This document shows, one piece after another, positions 1 through 9,030 of a stretch of 61,071 nt of DNA. The notes beneath the pieces are model-generated. The model saw only the letters and a program-made list of their open reading frames with translations. It was not told the DNA's origin and ran no database searches. The first letter of the stretch is position 1. Every line of letters begins with the position of its first letter. This DNA is from a virus (Duplodnaviria > Heunggongvirae > Uroviricota > Caudoviricetes). Location: positions 1-61,071 of the IMG/VR virus record IMGVR_UViG_2778261463_000006; one strand, written 5' to 3'. The position numbers and the translations under genes are program-made.

Positions 1-600
1 TTTCAGAAAAACCAGAAGAAGCTGGCGAGACTTCAGCGACAGTTAAGCCGCAAGGTCAAATTCAGCAACAACTGGCAGATGCAGAAACGCAAAATACAGC
101 GACTGCATTTTCGTATCGCAAACATCCGCAGAGACTACCTTCATAAAATCACAACGATCATCAGCAAAAACCACGCAATGATTGTCATTGAGGATTTGAA
201 GGTTAAATACATGTCAAAGTCAGCGGCGGGTACGATAAGTCAGCCGGGGCGCAATGTCCGGGCAAAATCAGGTTTAAACCGTTCGATACTGGATCAGGGC
301 TGGTATGAAATGCGCCGCCAGCTTGAGTACAAGCAGCTCTGGCGTGGCGGTCAGGTACTGGCAGTGCCGCCAGCGTACACAAGCCAGCGTTGCGCGTGCT
401 GTGGCCATACAGCGAAAGAAAACCGCCTGTCACAAAGTAAATTCGTGTGTCGGGATTGTGGATATACAGCGAACGCCGATGTAAACGGCGCTCGTAACAT
501 TTTAGCGGCGGGGCACGCCGTGCTTGCCTGTGGAGGGATGGTGCAGTCAGACCGCCCGTTGAAGCAGGAACCCTCCGAAATGATTCAGGCGACAGCCTGA
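1..600 (+). CDS. tnpB: IS200/IS605-family TnpB (OrfB) RNA-guided nuclease, C-terminal part; 5' end lies outside the window
   Basis: Frame is open from position 1; translation has TnpB-like basic region and C-terminal zinc-finger pattern CxxC...CxxC (QRCACCGH...CRDCGY) with RuvC-like tail; stop at 600. Confidence 0.8.
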   Translation, partial: FQKNQKKLARLQRQLSRKVKFSNNWQMQKRKIQRLHFRIANIRRDYLHKITTIISKNHAMIVIEDLKVKYMSKSAAGTISQPGRNVRAKSGLNRSILDQGWYEMRRQLEYKQLWRGGQVLAVPPAYTSQRCACCGHTAKENRLSQSKFVCRDCGYTANADVNGARNILAAGHAVLACGGMVQSDRPLKQEPSEMIQATA

Positions 601-650
601 ACATAGCAGGAATCCACACCCCGAAGGGCGTGGAGGATGTCACGCTGCCT
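1..650 (+). mobile_element. Right portion of an IS200/IS605-family insertion sequence (right end approximate)
   Basis: tnpB followed by imperfect subterminal hairpin at 613-634 (tccacaccc-cgaa-gggcgtgga); abuts the 3' end of the ddrA-like gene. Confidence 0.5.
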
Positions 651-1005
651 CTTTAATGTTGGCGGCTATCCATGCCGCCGTGTGCTGTTTAACCTGGTCC
701 AGGTCGATGTATGTGCCAACATATTGACTCAAATCCTGCAAGGTACCGATAAATGCATCGGTGCTCTGATCGACGAATTTATCAGCCAGGAAATCAGCAA
801 CCAGTTTTGGCACACCATCATGTACCGAAGGTTGTTTTTCCTCGCCACTACTGCCGCCGGACACACCGTACCCCATCTGTTGCATGATCTGGTCAATTTC
901 ATCGCTGATATCCAGCAACTCCATGCCACTCGCGGTAGCCGCTTTGGACATCAGAGCATCCAACTTATCGCTGAGATCCATTAACTCAATAGCTGATAGT
1001 GTCAT
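640..1005 (-). CDS. ddrA: DdrA-like protein of the P1 darA antirestriction operon (121 aa, acidic)
   Basis: ORF immediately downstream of darA, stop/start overlap with it; name from P1 synteny recalled from memory. Confidence 0.5.
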   Translation of the reverse strand: MTLSAIELMDLSDKLDALMSKAATASGMELLDISDEIDQIMQQMGYGVSGGSSGEEKQPSVHDGVPKLVADFLADKFVDQSTDAFIGTLQDLSQYVGTYIDLDQVKQHTAAWIAANIKEAA

Positions 1006-2921
1006 GCCGCTACCCCCGCTTTCTGGATTGCTACCAACAGATCAGCCAGGTGGCGAGCTGCGCCGTTAACCAGCTCTTCGTTTTCCTCAAAACGTCCGGC
1101 AGCCTGAAGGGCTGCAATCGCTTCCCGGACATTGCCCCGGGCGTTACGGATCTCCGCCATGTCAGTGCTTTGTATATCCATCACGTTATTGAGATATTCA
1201 ATGGCTTTATTAGCCTCTGCATCTGCTTCGCTAACCGTTTCATCAGGCTGTGCCGTGGCCGGTTCTGACTGAGTAATCTCACCGACTTCGGCCTGCAATG
1301 CATTGATCATGCTCTGCACCATTTTCTCGGTGCCAGCGCCCCCAGGAAACGCAATATTGGGGAAAGTTTTTTGAAACTGAGTTTTCAGCATTACGCGGAA
1401 CTCGTCTGGTGAGCTGGTGGCCAGCTCCAGAGCTTTTTGTGCATATTTGCCAAACGGACCATTAGTAAGTGTCTTCGCCAGGAAGTCGAAAGAATCCTCG
1501 CGAGGCAATAACTTCAGGTCGTACTCACTCATTTGCTGATCAGAAAGCGGGGTATCGTAAGTAGCAATGCCGTAGCGTGCATATTCATAATACGGGTCAC
1601 CTTCATCAGGGCGCGGCAGAATTGCTTTGTTACCTTCAGGTATTGCGCCAGGGGCCGCCGGACGCATTTGCAGGGCATATCGATATGCACCTACAGAGAC
1701 TTCTGGTTCAGGCGAAGAGCTACCGGTATCCTCCGCTGGTTCAGGTTCGACGTTTTCCGGTTTATGTTCTTCTGGTTGGACCAGGTATTCCGATACATTA
1801 CCCGCTTTATAGGCTTTAAACAGCTTGCCGATCGCATCTGCCATGTCCACACCCTGTATGGATTTAGCCTTGATCATGTATACGCTGCCATCCGGATCGG
1901 TTAACTGGATATACCCTTCGCCGCCCCCAATGAATTGCTTCATTGATGCACCATTACTGAGCGTCACTTCCCCGTCCATATGCATACGATTTTTGATACT
2001 GGCAAGGCGATCCGTCAGCGCGCGAGAGTGCCCACCAGTCATCCCCGCTGGAGCAATGGTATCGCGCCCACCAGTGCGATTGAGCTGTTCAATCTCCGTC
2101 TGCAAACGCTCATTCTCTTCATAAAGAGAATCCGCTTCCGATGCAACAGCGTTAATTTTCTGCTCCAGATCTGCCTTCTGCCCTTCTACCGCTGCCACCT
2201 GATCCGCGAGGTCGCTCATGGCATCCTCTTTCTGGTCACTGTCAGCCTGTAGTTGGGTTATTTCATCAACAAGGGCTTTTTTCTTCTTCTGCGCACGCTG
2301 GAATTTTGCCGAGTTTTTCTCTGCAAGGTTGGCAAGTTTCATGGTGACCTGCGCCAGCGTCATATCACGTCCACTCATCGGAGCAACGGTGTGAGTAACG
2401 TCTTTTTTATTCAGTAAGAACTGGAAAGCAACCAGCGTATCGCTATTGGTGATCCGGTTTTCCGCTGTCGGGCTATGAAACAGAATGCTGATAGTCTGAC
2501 CATCACTGAGCGGAATAATGGCTGGCAAGACCGGCAGCCCGTTAACGTTACGTGCCCGGCCAATTTCAGCGCCGCCGATCGCGCGCGCGCCGCTCTGGGC
2601 CACATCCCCCGTTTTATCACTCCCCGCAGAGATTCCGGTACCATTCAGCTTCTGGTTCAATGCCCGGACAAATGCCTGCATGGTCCGGTGTAACTGCAAA
2701 CGAGTAGAACTAATCGCCTCCAGTAAATCCGTAGCACACCAGTGGATCGGCGTGTCATAGAAGAACGTAGCCTCGATTTCCTCCAGGGTGTTGGATTCCG
2801 TCATCAGATAGCGGTCCTCACCGGCCATTAATGCGCGATATTCATCATCAGTCACTGGCGGGGGAAGCACGTCAAGCCCAGGCTTGATCGTCACCCCTTT
2901 ATTGATATTGAACTGTTCCAT
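1002..2921 (-). CDS. darA: DarA-like defence-against-restriction / capsid internal protein (639 aa)
   Basis: 639-aa ORF with coiled-coil-rich centre; shares motif NSAKFQ with upstream Hdf; position after lydA/lydB/hdf as in P1. Confidence 0.7.
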   Translation of the reverse strand: MEQFNINKGVTIKPGLDVLPPPVTDDEYRALMAGEDRYLMTESNTLEEIEATFFYDTPIHWCATDLLEAISSTRLQLHRTMQAFVRALNQKLNGTGISAGSDKTGDVAQSGARAIGGAEIGRARNVNGLPVLPAIIPLSDGQTISILFHSPTAENRITNSDTLVAFQFLLNKKDVTHTVAPMSGRDMTLAQVTMKLANLAEKNSAKFQRAQKKKKALVDEITQLQADSDQKEDAMSDLADQVAAVEGQKADLEQKINAVASEADSLYEENERLQTEIEQLNRTGGRDTIAPAGMTGGHSRALTDRLASIKNRMHMDGEVTLSNGASMKQFIGGGEGYIQLTDPDGSVYMIKAKSIQGVDMADAIGKLFKAYKAGNVSEYLVQPEEHKPENVEPEPAEDTGSSSPEPEVSVGAYRYALQMRPAAPGAIPEGNKAILPRPDEGDPYYEYARYGIATYDTPLSDQQMSEYDLKLLPREDSFDFLAKTLTNGPFGKYAQKALELATSSPDEFRVMLKTQFQKTFPNIAFPGGAGTEKMVQSMINALQAEVGEITQSEPATAQPDETVSEADAEANKAIEYLNNVMDIQSTDMAEIRNARGNVREAIAALQAAGRFEENEELVNGAARHLADLLVAIQKAGVAA

Positions 2922-2922
2922 G

Positions 2923-3534
2923 TTAATTTCCTGCTTTCAGTTGCTTAAGACGACGTTTGAGTTCGCCATTCCGTGCCTTTTCGTTATTGAGTCGGCCCGT
3001 CTCCTTATCCAGCTTCGCCCGCAAATCAGTGATCTGCTGTTGATTGAAAGACACCGAATTCTGCGCGGACTTATAAGCGGCAACCACCTGAGCATTCCGC
3101 TGTTTTGCTTCTTGCAGGCGCTGAAAGTTGGATTTAACTGCCGGTTTCTTGTCTACCGGATTGGCAACACGCTTCGCTTTGGCGATCAGTGATTTCTGGA
3201 ATTTTGCGGAGTTTTTACGGGCCGCCTGTCCCATGACGGTACCAAGCGTCTTGATATCCGGCGATTGAGCGTTAGGAATAGCTTTTCCATTCAGCCTCAC
3301 AGACGATATATCGCCAGTATCGTTTACCTGTATGGCAAGAATTTGTCCGTCGTTAAGAACCAGCTTTGCGGTTTTAACTTTAACGCCATCTTTCGTTGTT
3401 GCGCGGTTGCTTGAGTCAACCTCAATTACCGTAACACTGGTTTTATTGATCGCCGCGATAAGGGATTTCAGCCCCTTTTCATTAACCTGGTCAAAATCGA
3501 CCGTTGCATACTTATTTTTCGTCATCTGACACAT
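2923..3534 (-). CDS. hdf: Hdf (homolog of DarA fragment)
   Basis: 203 aa; segment AARKNSAKFQKS matches DarA segment AEKNSAKFQRAQ; lies directly upstream of darA. Confidence 0.65.
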   Translation of the reverse strand: MCQMTKNKYATVDFDQVNEKGLKSLIAAINKTSVTVIEVDSSNRATTKDGVKVKTAKLVLNDGQILAIQVNDTGDISSVRLNGKAIPNAQSPDIKTLGTVMGQAARKNSAKFQKSLIAKAKRVANPVDKKPAVKSNFQRLQEAKQRNAQVVAAYKSAQNSVSFNQQQITDLRAKLDKETGRLNNEKARNGELKRRLKQLKAGN

Positions 3535-3955
3535 CCTGTGCGAGATTTATTACGTAACTTCTGCGGATTTGCTGAGTAACAGGGAAAATCCGATACAACG
3601 GGTTAATGAACGAGTCGCCATGCGTAACCATGACGTTGAAATGCCACAGCCGTTCTCCTTTACCCATATATTCAGTGGGTATGTACAACCATTCACTGTT
3701 TTCGCCCTGTTCAGCCGACGTCAGACAACGTTGTTCGCCTTCAATCACTGTCGTCGGCTTCTGAACATCGCGGATCCAATATCTGACCGTTGCGCCGCGC
3801 AAAAACGGGAATTTAGACCGGTATTTGAACGGCACCCGGATGAAACCCGGTTTAATTTCCACATCACCAAGTTCTAAATGCGTGATGTCCTTGCGTTTTA
3901 GCAAATAGCGATCGGCTAAGGCTAACGCAAGAACGCATACACCCCAGCCAATCAT
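3512..3955 (-). CDS. lydB: LydB-like antiholin candidate (147 aa)
   Basis: ORF between holin-like gene and hdf; N-terminal hydrophobic segment; assignment by P1 synteny only. Confidence 0.45.
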   Translation of the reverse strand: MIGWGVCVLALALADRYLLKRKDITHLELGDVEIKPGFIRVPFKYRSKFPFLRGATVRYWIRDVQKPTTVIEGEQRCLTSAEQGENSEWLYIPTEYMGKGERLWHFNVMVTHGDSFINPLYRIFPVTQQIRRSYVINLAQDVSDDEK

Positions 3956-4281
3956 TTCCCGCCTCCCTTTTTCACCAAACTTGTAAGAACATTCAGAATG
4001 CTATCGATATTCACTCGTTTCATCCCTGAAATCACCTCATGACCGTTATTGCTGGCTATCGTTACCATTAAGTACGTAATTGATAACTCCCAGCCCTTGT
4101 GTTGCCCCAATAGGTACGCCACCGCGCCAGCTGTCACTGCAACAAAGATCTCCGTAACCAATCCCAACAAATTGCCAGACTGGCGACCGTCTCGGACATC
4201 CATCAGGAACGTGCCTATCCCACCAATTACTGAAAGCAGGAGCGCAATAGCAACTGGAGCTAATTCCTGTGTGTCAAGCAC
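3952..4281 (-). CDS. lydA: LydA-like holin (109 aa, about three transmembrane segments)
   Basis: Small protein with three hydrophobic helices and charged C-terminus; start overlaps next gene; P1 lydA position. Confidence 0.55.
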   Translation of the reverse strand: MLDTQELAPVAIALLLSVIGGIGTFLMDVRDGRQSGNLLGLVTEIFVAVTAGAVAYLLGQHKGWELSITYLMVTIASNNGHEVISGMKRVNIDSILNVLTSLVKKGGGK

Positions 4282-4355
4282 AAGTTCCCTCCTACGTTGT
4301 CAGGAGGTAATGGTATGCAAAGTAACTTCTCAACCGGTTATGTTGCATAAGAGAC

Positions 4356-4619
4356 TTACCTATTCAACCGACTTTTGGAACCTTCAATAATAAGCCTGCT
4401 ATTGGCGCTGAAAATAAGAACCATGCAGCTCTGAAGGCTTTCATTCATGTCCTTATATTCCGCGAGATACATGCCAATAAAGCCAGCAAGTACGGCGGAA
4501 ATACATTCGGCCAGCAATTTCTTGCATGAAGACTCGTAACGGTTTTCACATAGCCCACTCAAATACGAATACACCCCACCAAGAAGGGATAACATCACGA
4601 TATGTACATAAAATGTCAT
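4356..4619 (-). CDS. Small membrane protein (87 aa, two hydrophobic segments), possible holin-like
   Basis: ORF with two hydrophobic stretches; first gene of the leftward lyd/dar block. Confidence 0.45.
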   Translation of the reverse strand: MTFYVHIVMLSLLGGVYSYLSGLCENRYESSCKKLLAECISAVLAGFIGMYLAEYKDMNESLQSCMVLIFSANSRLIIEGSKSRLNR

Positions 4620-4746
4620 TTTTTACCTATACAACAGTAAGTTGAACAACATTTGAGAACGGTATGCACTTTGTGATTTCCACACACACTGGTTTTGTTA
4701 ATTAAAACCTGTAGCTTGCAATAAATAACGATAGTGGGCAGAAAAT

Positions 4747-4933
4747 ATGCTAATAGGCTATGTACGCATATAGACAAATGAACAAAACACAGCTATGCAG
4801 TGAAAAGCACTTGAAAGCGCAGGATGTGAGCTAATTTTTGCGAATAAGGCGAGCAGCAAAAAGGCTGGGCACCCTGGGTTAAAAAAGGTTCTGCGTATGC
4901 TTTCCAGAGGTGATACCCTAGTCTCGGACTAGG
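4747..4933 (+). pseudogene. Remnant of the N-terminus of a serine DNA invertase (frameshifted/stopped)
   Basis: ATG at 4747 encodes MLIGYVRI then stop; downstream frame reads AGCELIFANKASSKKAGHPGLKKVLRMLSRGDTLV, collinear with Cin residues 1-65; ends in a perfect palindrome 4916-4934. Confidence 0.6.
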
Positions 4934-5054
4934 GACAACATTTCGAGAACAGTTTTCATTAGCGGTCAGCAGGCGCTAGATACATCGAATTGATGTGCCG
5001 CGCGATAAATGTACCTATTCTATCAAGATAAATTACACCGACGCGGCATTAGAA

Positions 5055-5627
5055 TTACAGCTCAGATTGAGTTTGGCGCTTCTCTACAGGATGATAACGA
5101 TAAATCGTCGATACACCGATATCGTAAATAATTGCCAACTGTTTCCTGCTGTAGCCATTTTCGATCAACCTCGCTATTTGCTCATGTTGTTCTTTTGTCA
5201 ACTTCGGGCGACGTCCGCCAATGCGTCCTTGTGCGCGTGCTGCTGCCAGCCCGGCCAGTGTACGCTCTACAATTAATTCACGTTCCATTTCGGCTAAAGC
5301 TCCCATGACGTGAAAAAAGAAACGCCCCATGGGTGTTGATGTGTCAATGCTGTCCGTCAGACTACGGAAATTAACACCTTTTTCCCGCAATTCCTCAATA
5401 AGCGTGATCAGGTGTTTCATACTTCTGCCCAGTCTGTCCAGCTTCCAGACAACCAGCGTATCTCCTTCTGATAGCGTTCTGAGCAGTTTTTTCAATCCCG
5501 GTCTGGCTGATTTCGTTCCGCTGATTTTATCTTCAAAAATCAGTTCACATCCTGCGCACTCCAGCGCGTTACGCTGCAATTCTGTATTCTGGTCATTTGT
5601 TGATACGCGGACATAGCCAATAAGCAT
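5055..5627 (-). CDS. cin: Serine-recombinase DNA invertase (Cin/Gin/Hin/Pin family)
   Basis: 190 aa; catalytic N-terminus MLIGYVRVSTNDQ...VVWKLDRLGRS and C-terminal HTH; adjacent to invertible tail-fibre segment. Confidence 0.9.
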   Translation of the reverse strand: MLIGYVRVSTNDQNTELQRNALECAGCELIFEDKISGTKSARPGLKKLLRTLSEGDTLVVWKLDRLGRSMKHLITLIEELREKGVNFRSLTDSIDTSTPMGRFFFHVMGALAEMERELIVERTLAGLAAARAQGRIGGRRPKLTKEQHEQIARLIENGYSRKQLAIIYDIGVSTIYRYHPVEKRQTQSEL

Positions 5628-5682
5628 GATGGATCCCCTGAATAAAAACCGGGGATGATGCCAGTTAGCCGTAATCTCTGCA

Positions 5683-5708
5683 TTTTCTTAAACGTTGGTT
5701 TGGGAGAA
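5683..5708. other. cix-like 26-bp recombination site (left)
   Basis: TTTTCTTAAACG-TT-GGTTTGGGAGAA; inner half-site is the reverse complement of the inner half-site at 7568-7593; resembles hix/gix architecture. Confidence 0.6.
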
Positions 5709-6206
5709 GGCTCTGCATTACCGGTTGGTGTGCCTGTTCCGTGGCCTTCAGCCACTCCGCCAACAGGCTGGCTGAAATGCAACGGAGCAGCTTTTTCTGC
5801 TGAAGAATACCCGGAGCTGGCAAAGGCTTACCCGACAAATAAATTGCCTGATTTACGTGGTGAGTTTATTCGTGGCTGGGATGACGGACGTGGTATGGAT
5901 ACGGGGAGGGCAATATTATCCGCTCAGGGCGATGCCATACGTAATATCTATGGTGAGTTCAAGACTGTAAACACCGAAAATTATTCAATATGGGAATCAG
6001 TAGGCTCGTTTAAGGGGGCAGTAGTGCCTTTGAACCCCTCAACGAACAATAGTTATTTCTCCTTAATCAGAAGTATGGTGACAGAAAGAACAGATGGCGC
6101 TGTTTACCCAAAAGTGATTGGCCTTGATGCTTCAAGAATTGTTCCAACTGCAAACGAAAACCGTCCTCGTAACATTGCCTTTAATTATATCGTGAGGGCT
6201 GCCTGA
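5697..6206 (+). CDS. Alternative tail-fibre C-terminal segment Sv' (no own start; would fuse in frame to S constant part after inversion)
   Basis: Reading frame continues GLGE... across the crossover exactly as the S frame does at 7579; ORF-track start at 5655 is read-through of the cix site. Confidence 0.55.
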   Translation, partial: GLGEGSALPVGVPVPWPSATPPTGWLKCNGAAFSAEEYPELAKAYPTNKLPDLRGEFIRGWDDGRGMDTGRAILSAQGDAIRNIYGEFKTVNTENYSIWESVGSFKGAVVPLNPSTNNSYFSLIRSMVTERTDGAVYPKVIGLDASRIVPTANENRPRNIAFNYIVRAA

Positions 6207-6808
6207 TGAATAAAGCCGTATTAAATAACGAACTCATTGCCATAAAAGCGGGAGTCATTACCATTTATAATTATGATGGTGAAACGCGGGAATATATTTC
6301 CACATCAACTGAATATCTTGCGGTTGGCGTCGGTATCCCGGCATGTTCTTGTTTAGATGCACCAGTTACACATAAAGCTGGTTATGCAATCTGCCGTTCT
6401 GCAGATTTTAACTCATGGGAATATGTGCCAGACCATCGCGGTGAAATCATCTATAGCACCGAAACAGGAGAATCGAAAGAAATCACAGCTCCGGGTGATT
6501 ATCCTGAAAATACAACCACTATCGCCCCGTTAACGCCATACGATAAATGGGATGGTGAGAAATGGGTGACGGATACCGAGGCACAGCATAGCGCCGCAGT
6601 AGAAGCGGCAGAAGCACAGCGCCAGTCGCTGATTGATGCTGCAATGGCTTCCATCAGTCTGATTCAGCTGAAATTACAGGCCGGGCGGAAGCTGACGCAG
6701 CCAGAAAACACCCGACTTAACGCTGTGCTGGATTATATTGACGCGGTGACGGCAACAGATACCAGCACAGCGCCGGACGTCATCTGGCCTGAACTGCCGG
6801 AGGCGTAG
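6206..6808 (+). CDS. Tail fibre assembly protein U' (for Sv')
   Basis: 200 aa; C-terminus with Tfa hallmark ...DYIDAVTATDTSTAPDVIWPELPEA; start overlaps Sv' stop (TGATG). Confidence 0.75.
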   Translation: MNKAVLNNELIAIKAGVITIYNYDGETREYISTSTEYLAVGVGIPACSCLDAPVTHKAGYAICRSADFNSWEYVPDHRGEIIYSTETGESKEITAPGDYPENTTTIAPLTPYDKWDGEKWVTDTEAQHSAAVEAAEAQRQSLIDAAMASISLIQLKLQAGRKLTQPENTRLNAVLDYIDAVTATDTSTAPDVIWPELPEA

Positions 6809-7220
6809 GCCATTCAATATCTGGCGCACCGGAAGTATCGACCAGTTCCAGTGCGTCCAGATAATCCAGCCACAAATTATATTGCGCCAGTTCCTCACCT
6901 TTCAGGCGACCAATCGCCGCTTTACCAGGCCATTGCTTACTGTTTATGTATTCGTTGACCTGATTAATCAATTGCTGCTTTTCCAGTTCGGCTGCGGCAA
7001 TTTGTTCCTCATGAGTTGGCGGTGGAATATCAATCCATGCAGGCATTCCGTCGATGACACCTCTGTATTTTCCTTCTGGTGCTTCCTTCATAAATTCGGC
7101 GGCAACAGTGTCGTCAATTTCGATTCCATCACCGGGCCATTCGCCGGATTCCTGATAAGCGATTTTAAGCTCCACAGGGAAAAACGCATTTTTCTCGGCA
7201 CTGAAAATATATTTCTGCAT
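6780..7220 (-). CDS. Tail fibre assembly protein U
   Basis: 146 aa; Tfa-family C-terminus ...DYLDALELVDTSGAPDIEWPTPP; immediately downstream of S. Confidence 0.8.
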   Translation of the reverse strand: MQKYIFSAEKNAFFPVELKIAYQESGEWPGDGIEIDDTVAAEFMKEAPEGKYRGVIDGMPAWIDIPPPTHEEQIAAAELEKQQLINQVNEYINSKQWPGKAAIGRLKGEELAQYNLWLDYLDALELVDTSGAPDIEWPTPPAVQAR

Positions 7221-7222
7221 TT

Positions 7223-9019
7223 CTACCGTCCTATCGAAATATAACTGAATCTGTATTGCTGTGAGATATCACTGGTTGCCACACGCCACGCTGAATTACT
7301 GATATGTTCAAAATTTACAGACAAAACCTGCGGGGCAGGATTCGACGGGTCTGACTGAACGGCATCAGACATAACACTGACTGAAACCATCGGCTGATTA
7401 GGGAATGGTATAGGGAAGTGTCCACTGATAAAGCGGGTCGTGTTTCCTGAAAAAGTGCCAAACTGAACAATATATCCACCTGGTAGCCTGAACCATCCCG
7501 AACCAGAAGCGAATGCTCCCATATCCGGTATCTGATTATCTCCTGTGCCCACATCCCTTTTCGCCGCTTCTCCCAAACCAAGGTAATCAAGAACTCCCTG
7601 AGTGCTGGTTTTACCAAGAATGGCACGTCCAACACTTGTCAACGCGGTTAACGCGGCACGATCTGCCCCTGTAAAATATGGGAGTTTATCTGCTGATGTA
7701 GCAAGCTCCGCCAGCGCCGTCAGGGTGGCATCCTTCGGTTGCTTACCCGCAAGCGCGTTAGTCATGGTGGTCGCAAAATTCGGGTCATTGCCCAGCGCCG
7801 CAGCCAGTTCGTTCAGCGTGTTCAGTGCATCAGGTGACGAATCTACAAGTGCGGCAATCGCGGCCATAACGAAAGCCGTGCTTGCGATCTGGGTACTATT
7901 AGTCCCCTGTGGCGCTGTTGGTGTTGTTGGCGTTCCGGTCAGTGCCGGGCTGTTTAATGGTGCTTTCTTGTTCGTTTCATCCATTACCGCCTTAACAGCT
8001 TTTGGTGTCGCTGCCAGCGTTTCAGACGTGCTGTTCGTGGCGCTACTGAGCTGAGTGATGCCTTTCGCTGTCAATGAAGCTGTTGGCACACCAGTGATCT
8101 GATTCCAGGGATGTGTATGACTGGATGGTGCCTTTCCGGCTGCTAGATCGTATGCAGCTTTAACCGCTTTTGGAGTTGCAGCTAATGTTTCAGAAGTGCT
8201 GTTGGTGTCGCTACTGAGCTGAACTATCCCTTTTTGTGTCGTGGTTGCATCCTGGGCTGTATACTTCCCGTTAGCCAGGTCATATGCAGCCTTGACAGCT
8301 TTCGGTGTGGCGGCCAGCACTTCGGACGTGCTGTTAGTGGCACTACTGAGCTGAACTAATCCCTTTTGCGTTGTGCTTGCATCCTGCGCCGTATACTTGC
8401 TTTTCGCCAGATCGTAGGCTTTTTTAACTGCCAGCGAACTCGCAGCAACATCACTTCTGGTACTGGTTACAGAGTCTGAAATATCAATGCCGATCGTGCG
8501 GTTGATACGCTCGGATGTATCAATCATCTCTTGAGTAATGGTAGATACGCCAGCAGGGATATTCACCGTACAAACCAGCAGTTCCCCATCACCTAACTGA
8601 TATGAATCGGTATAGGTTCTGGCAACAAATTCAGCTGCATGAATATGTGACGCGGTATTCACCTGATAGGTATCTTCTCCAAGAAGGTATCTTCCCTTCA
8701 GCACAATTGCATATTTCTTGCCTGCGTTAAGTGCAAGAGAGATATCCTTACGATGCTGAATAGTTACCTGGTAGAATTCACCAATATCCACTGACGCCGC
8801 GCCAGCGGTTTTATCTCCATCCACTGAGGTGATTAACAGGTTCATCCCACCGCCAGGCTTAGGCAAGAAACCAGCATAAAATCCCGGGTCAACAATTCCC
8901 CTGAATTTTCGGTTTAGAGCGGCTGACAGATATGGTTCGTGGTATTGCACATCAGCCACCATAGCCAACGACTCGGGTGATGGGTAAGTAACCGATGTAA
9001 CAACTGTAACGTCATTCAT
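7223..9019 (-). CDS. Tail fibre protein S (constant part 7580-9019, variable C-terminal part Sv 7223-7579)
   Basis: Likely start MNDVTVV at 9019 (ORF track extends to 9106); internal fibre repeats KAVKAAYDLA...TQKG.VQLSS.TNSTSE.LAATP; cix site inside coding frame. Confidence 0.8.
   Translation of the reverse strand: MNDVTVVTSVTYPSPESLAMVADVQYHEPYLSAALNRKFRGIVDPGFYAGFLPKPGGGMNLLITSVDGDKTAGAASVDIGEFYQVTIQHRKDISLALNAGKKYAIVLKGRYLLGEDTYQVNTASHIHAAEFVARTYTDSYQLGDGELLVCTVNIPAGVSTITQEMIDTSERINRTIGIDISDSVTSTRSDVAASSLAVKKAYDLAKSKYTAQDASTTQKGLVQLSSATNSTSEVLAATPKAVKAAYDLANGKYTAQDATTTQKGIVQLSSDTNSTSETLAATPKAVKAAYDLAAGKAPSSHTHPWNQITGVPTASLTAKGITQLSSATNSTSETLAATPKAVKAVMDETNKKAPLNSPALTGTPTTPTAPQGTNSTQIASTAFVMAAIAALVDSSPDALNTLNELAAALGNDPNFATTMTNALAGKQPKDATLTALAELATSADKLPYFTGADRAALTALTSVGRAILGKTSTQGVLDYLGLGEAAKRDVGTGDNQIPDMGAFASGSGWFRLPGGYIVQFGTFSGNTTRFISGHFPIPFPNQPMVSVSVMSDAVQSDPSNPAPQVLSVNFEHISNSAWRVATSDISQQYRFSYISIGR
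7568..7593. other. cix-like 26-bp recombination site (right), inside S
   Basis: TTCTCCCAAACC-AA-GGTAATCAAGAA; matches hix/gix-type architecture; inner 12-bp half-site identical (reverse complement) to left site. Confidence 0.6.
8030..8420 (-). repeat. Three tandem ~120-bp repeats encoding tail-fibre repeat units (boundaries approximate)
   Basis: Near-identical DNA blocks ...gctactgagctga... at about 8040, 8205 and 8335; protein repeats of ~37 aa. Confidence 0.55.
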
Positions 9020-9030
9020 CAAGCATATCC

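Larger units (their letters stand above)
5697..7579. other. Invertible C-segment-like DNA (about 1.9 kb) carrying Sv, U, U', Sv'
   Basis: Bounded by inverted cix-like sites; contains two convergent tail-fibre-assembly genes and two alternative fibre C-termini in opposite orientation. Confidence 0.6.

Noticed and set aside
203-643. 146-aa minus-strand ORF antisense to tnpB, and many similar antisense ORFs (for example 1533-1904, 7602-8054, 13538-14017, 25011-25256)
   Set aside because: They fall entirely inside well-supported genes on the opposite strand, have low-complexity or biased composition, and lack start context; treated as frame artefacts
5655-5696. ORF-track start of the Sv' reading frame at 5655
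   Set aside because: The first 14 codons read through the cix site and the cin upstream region with no RBS; Sv' is expressed only by fusion to S after inversion
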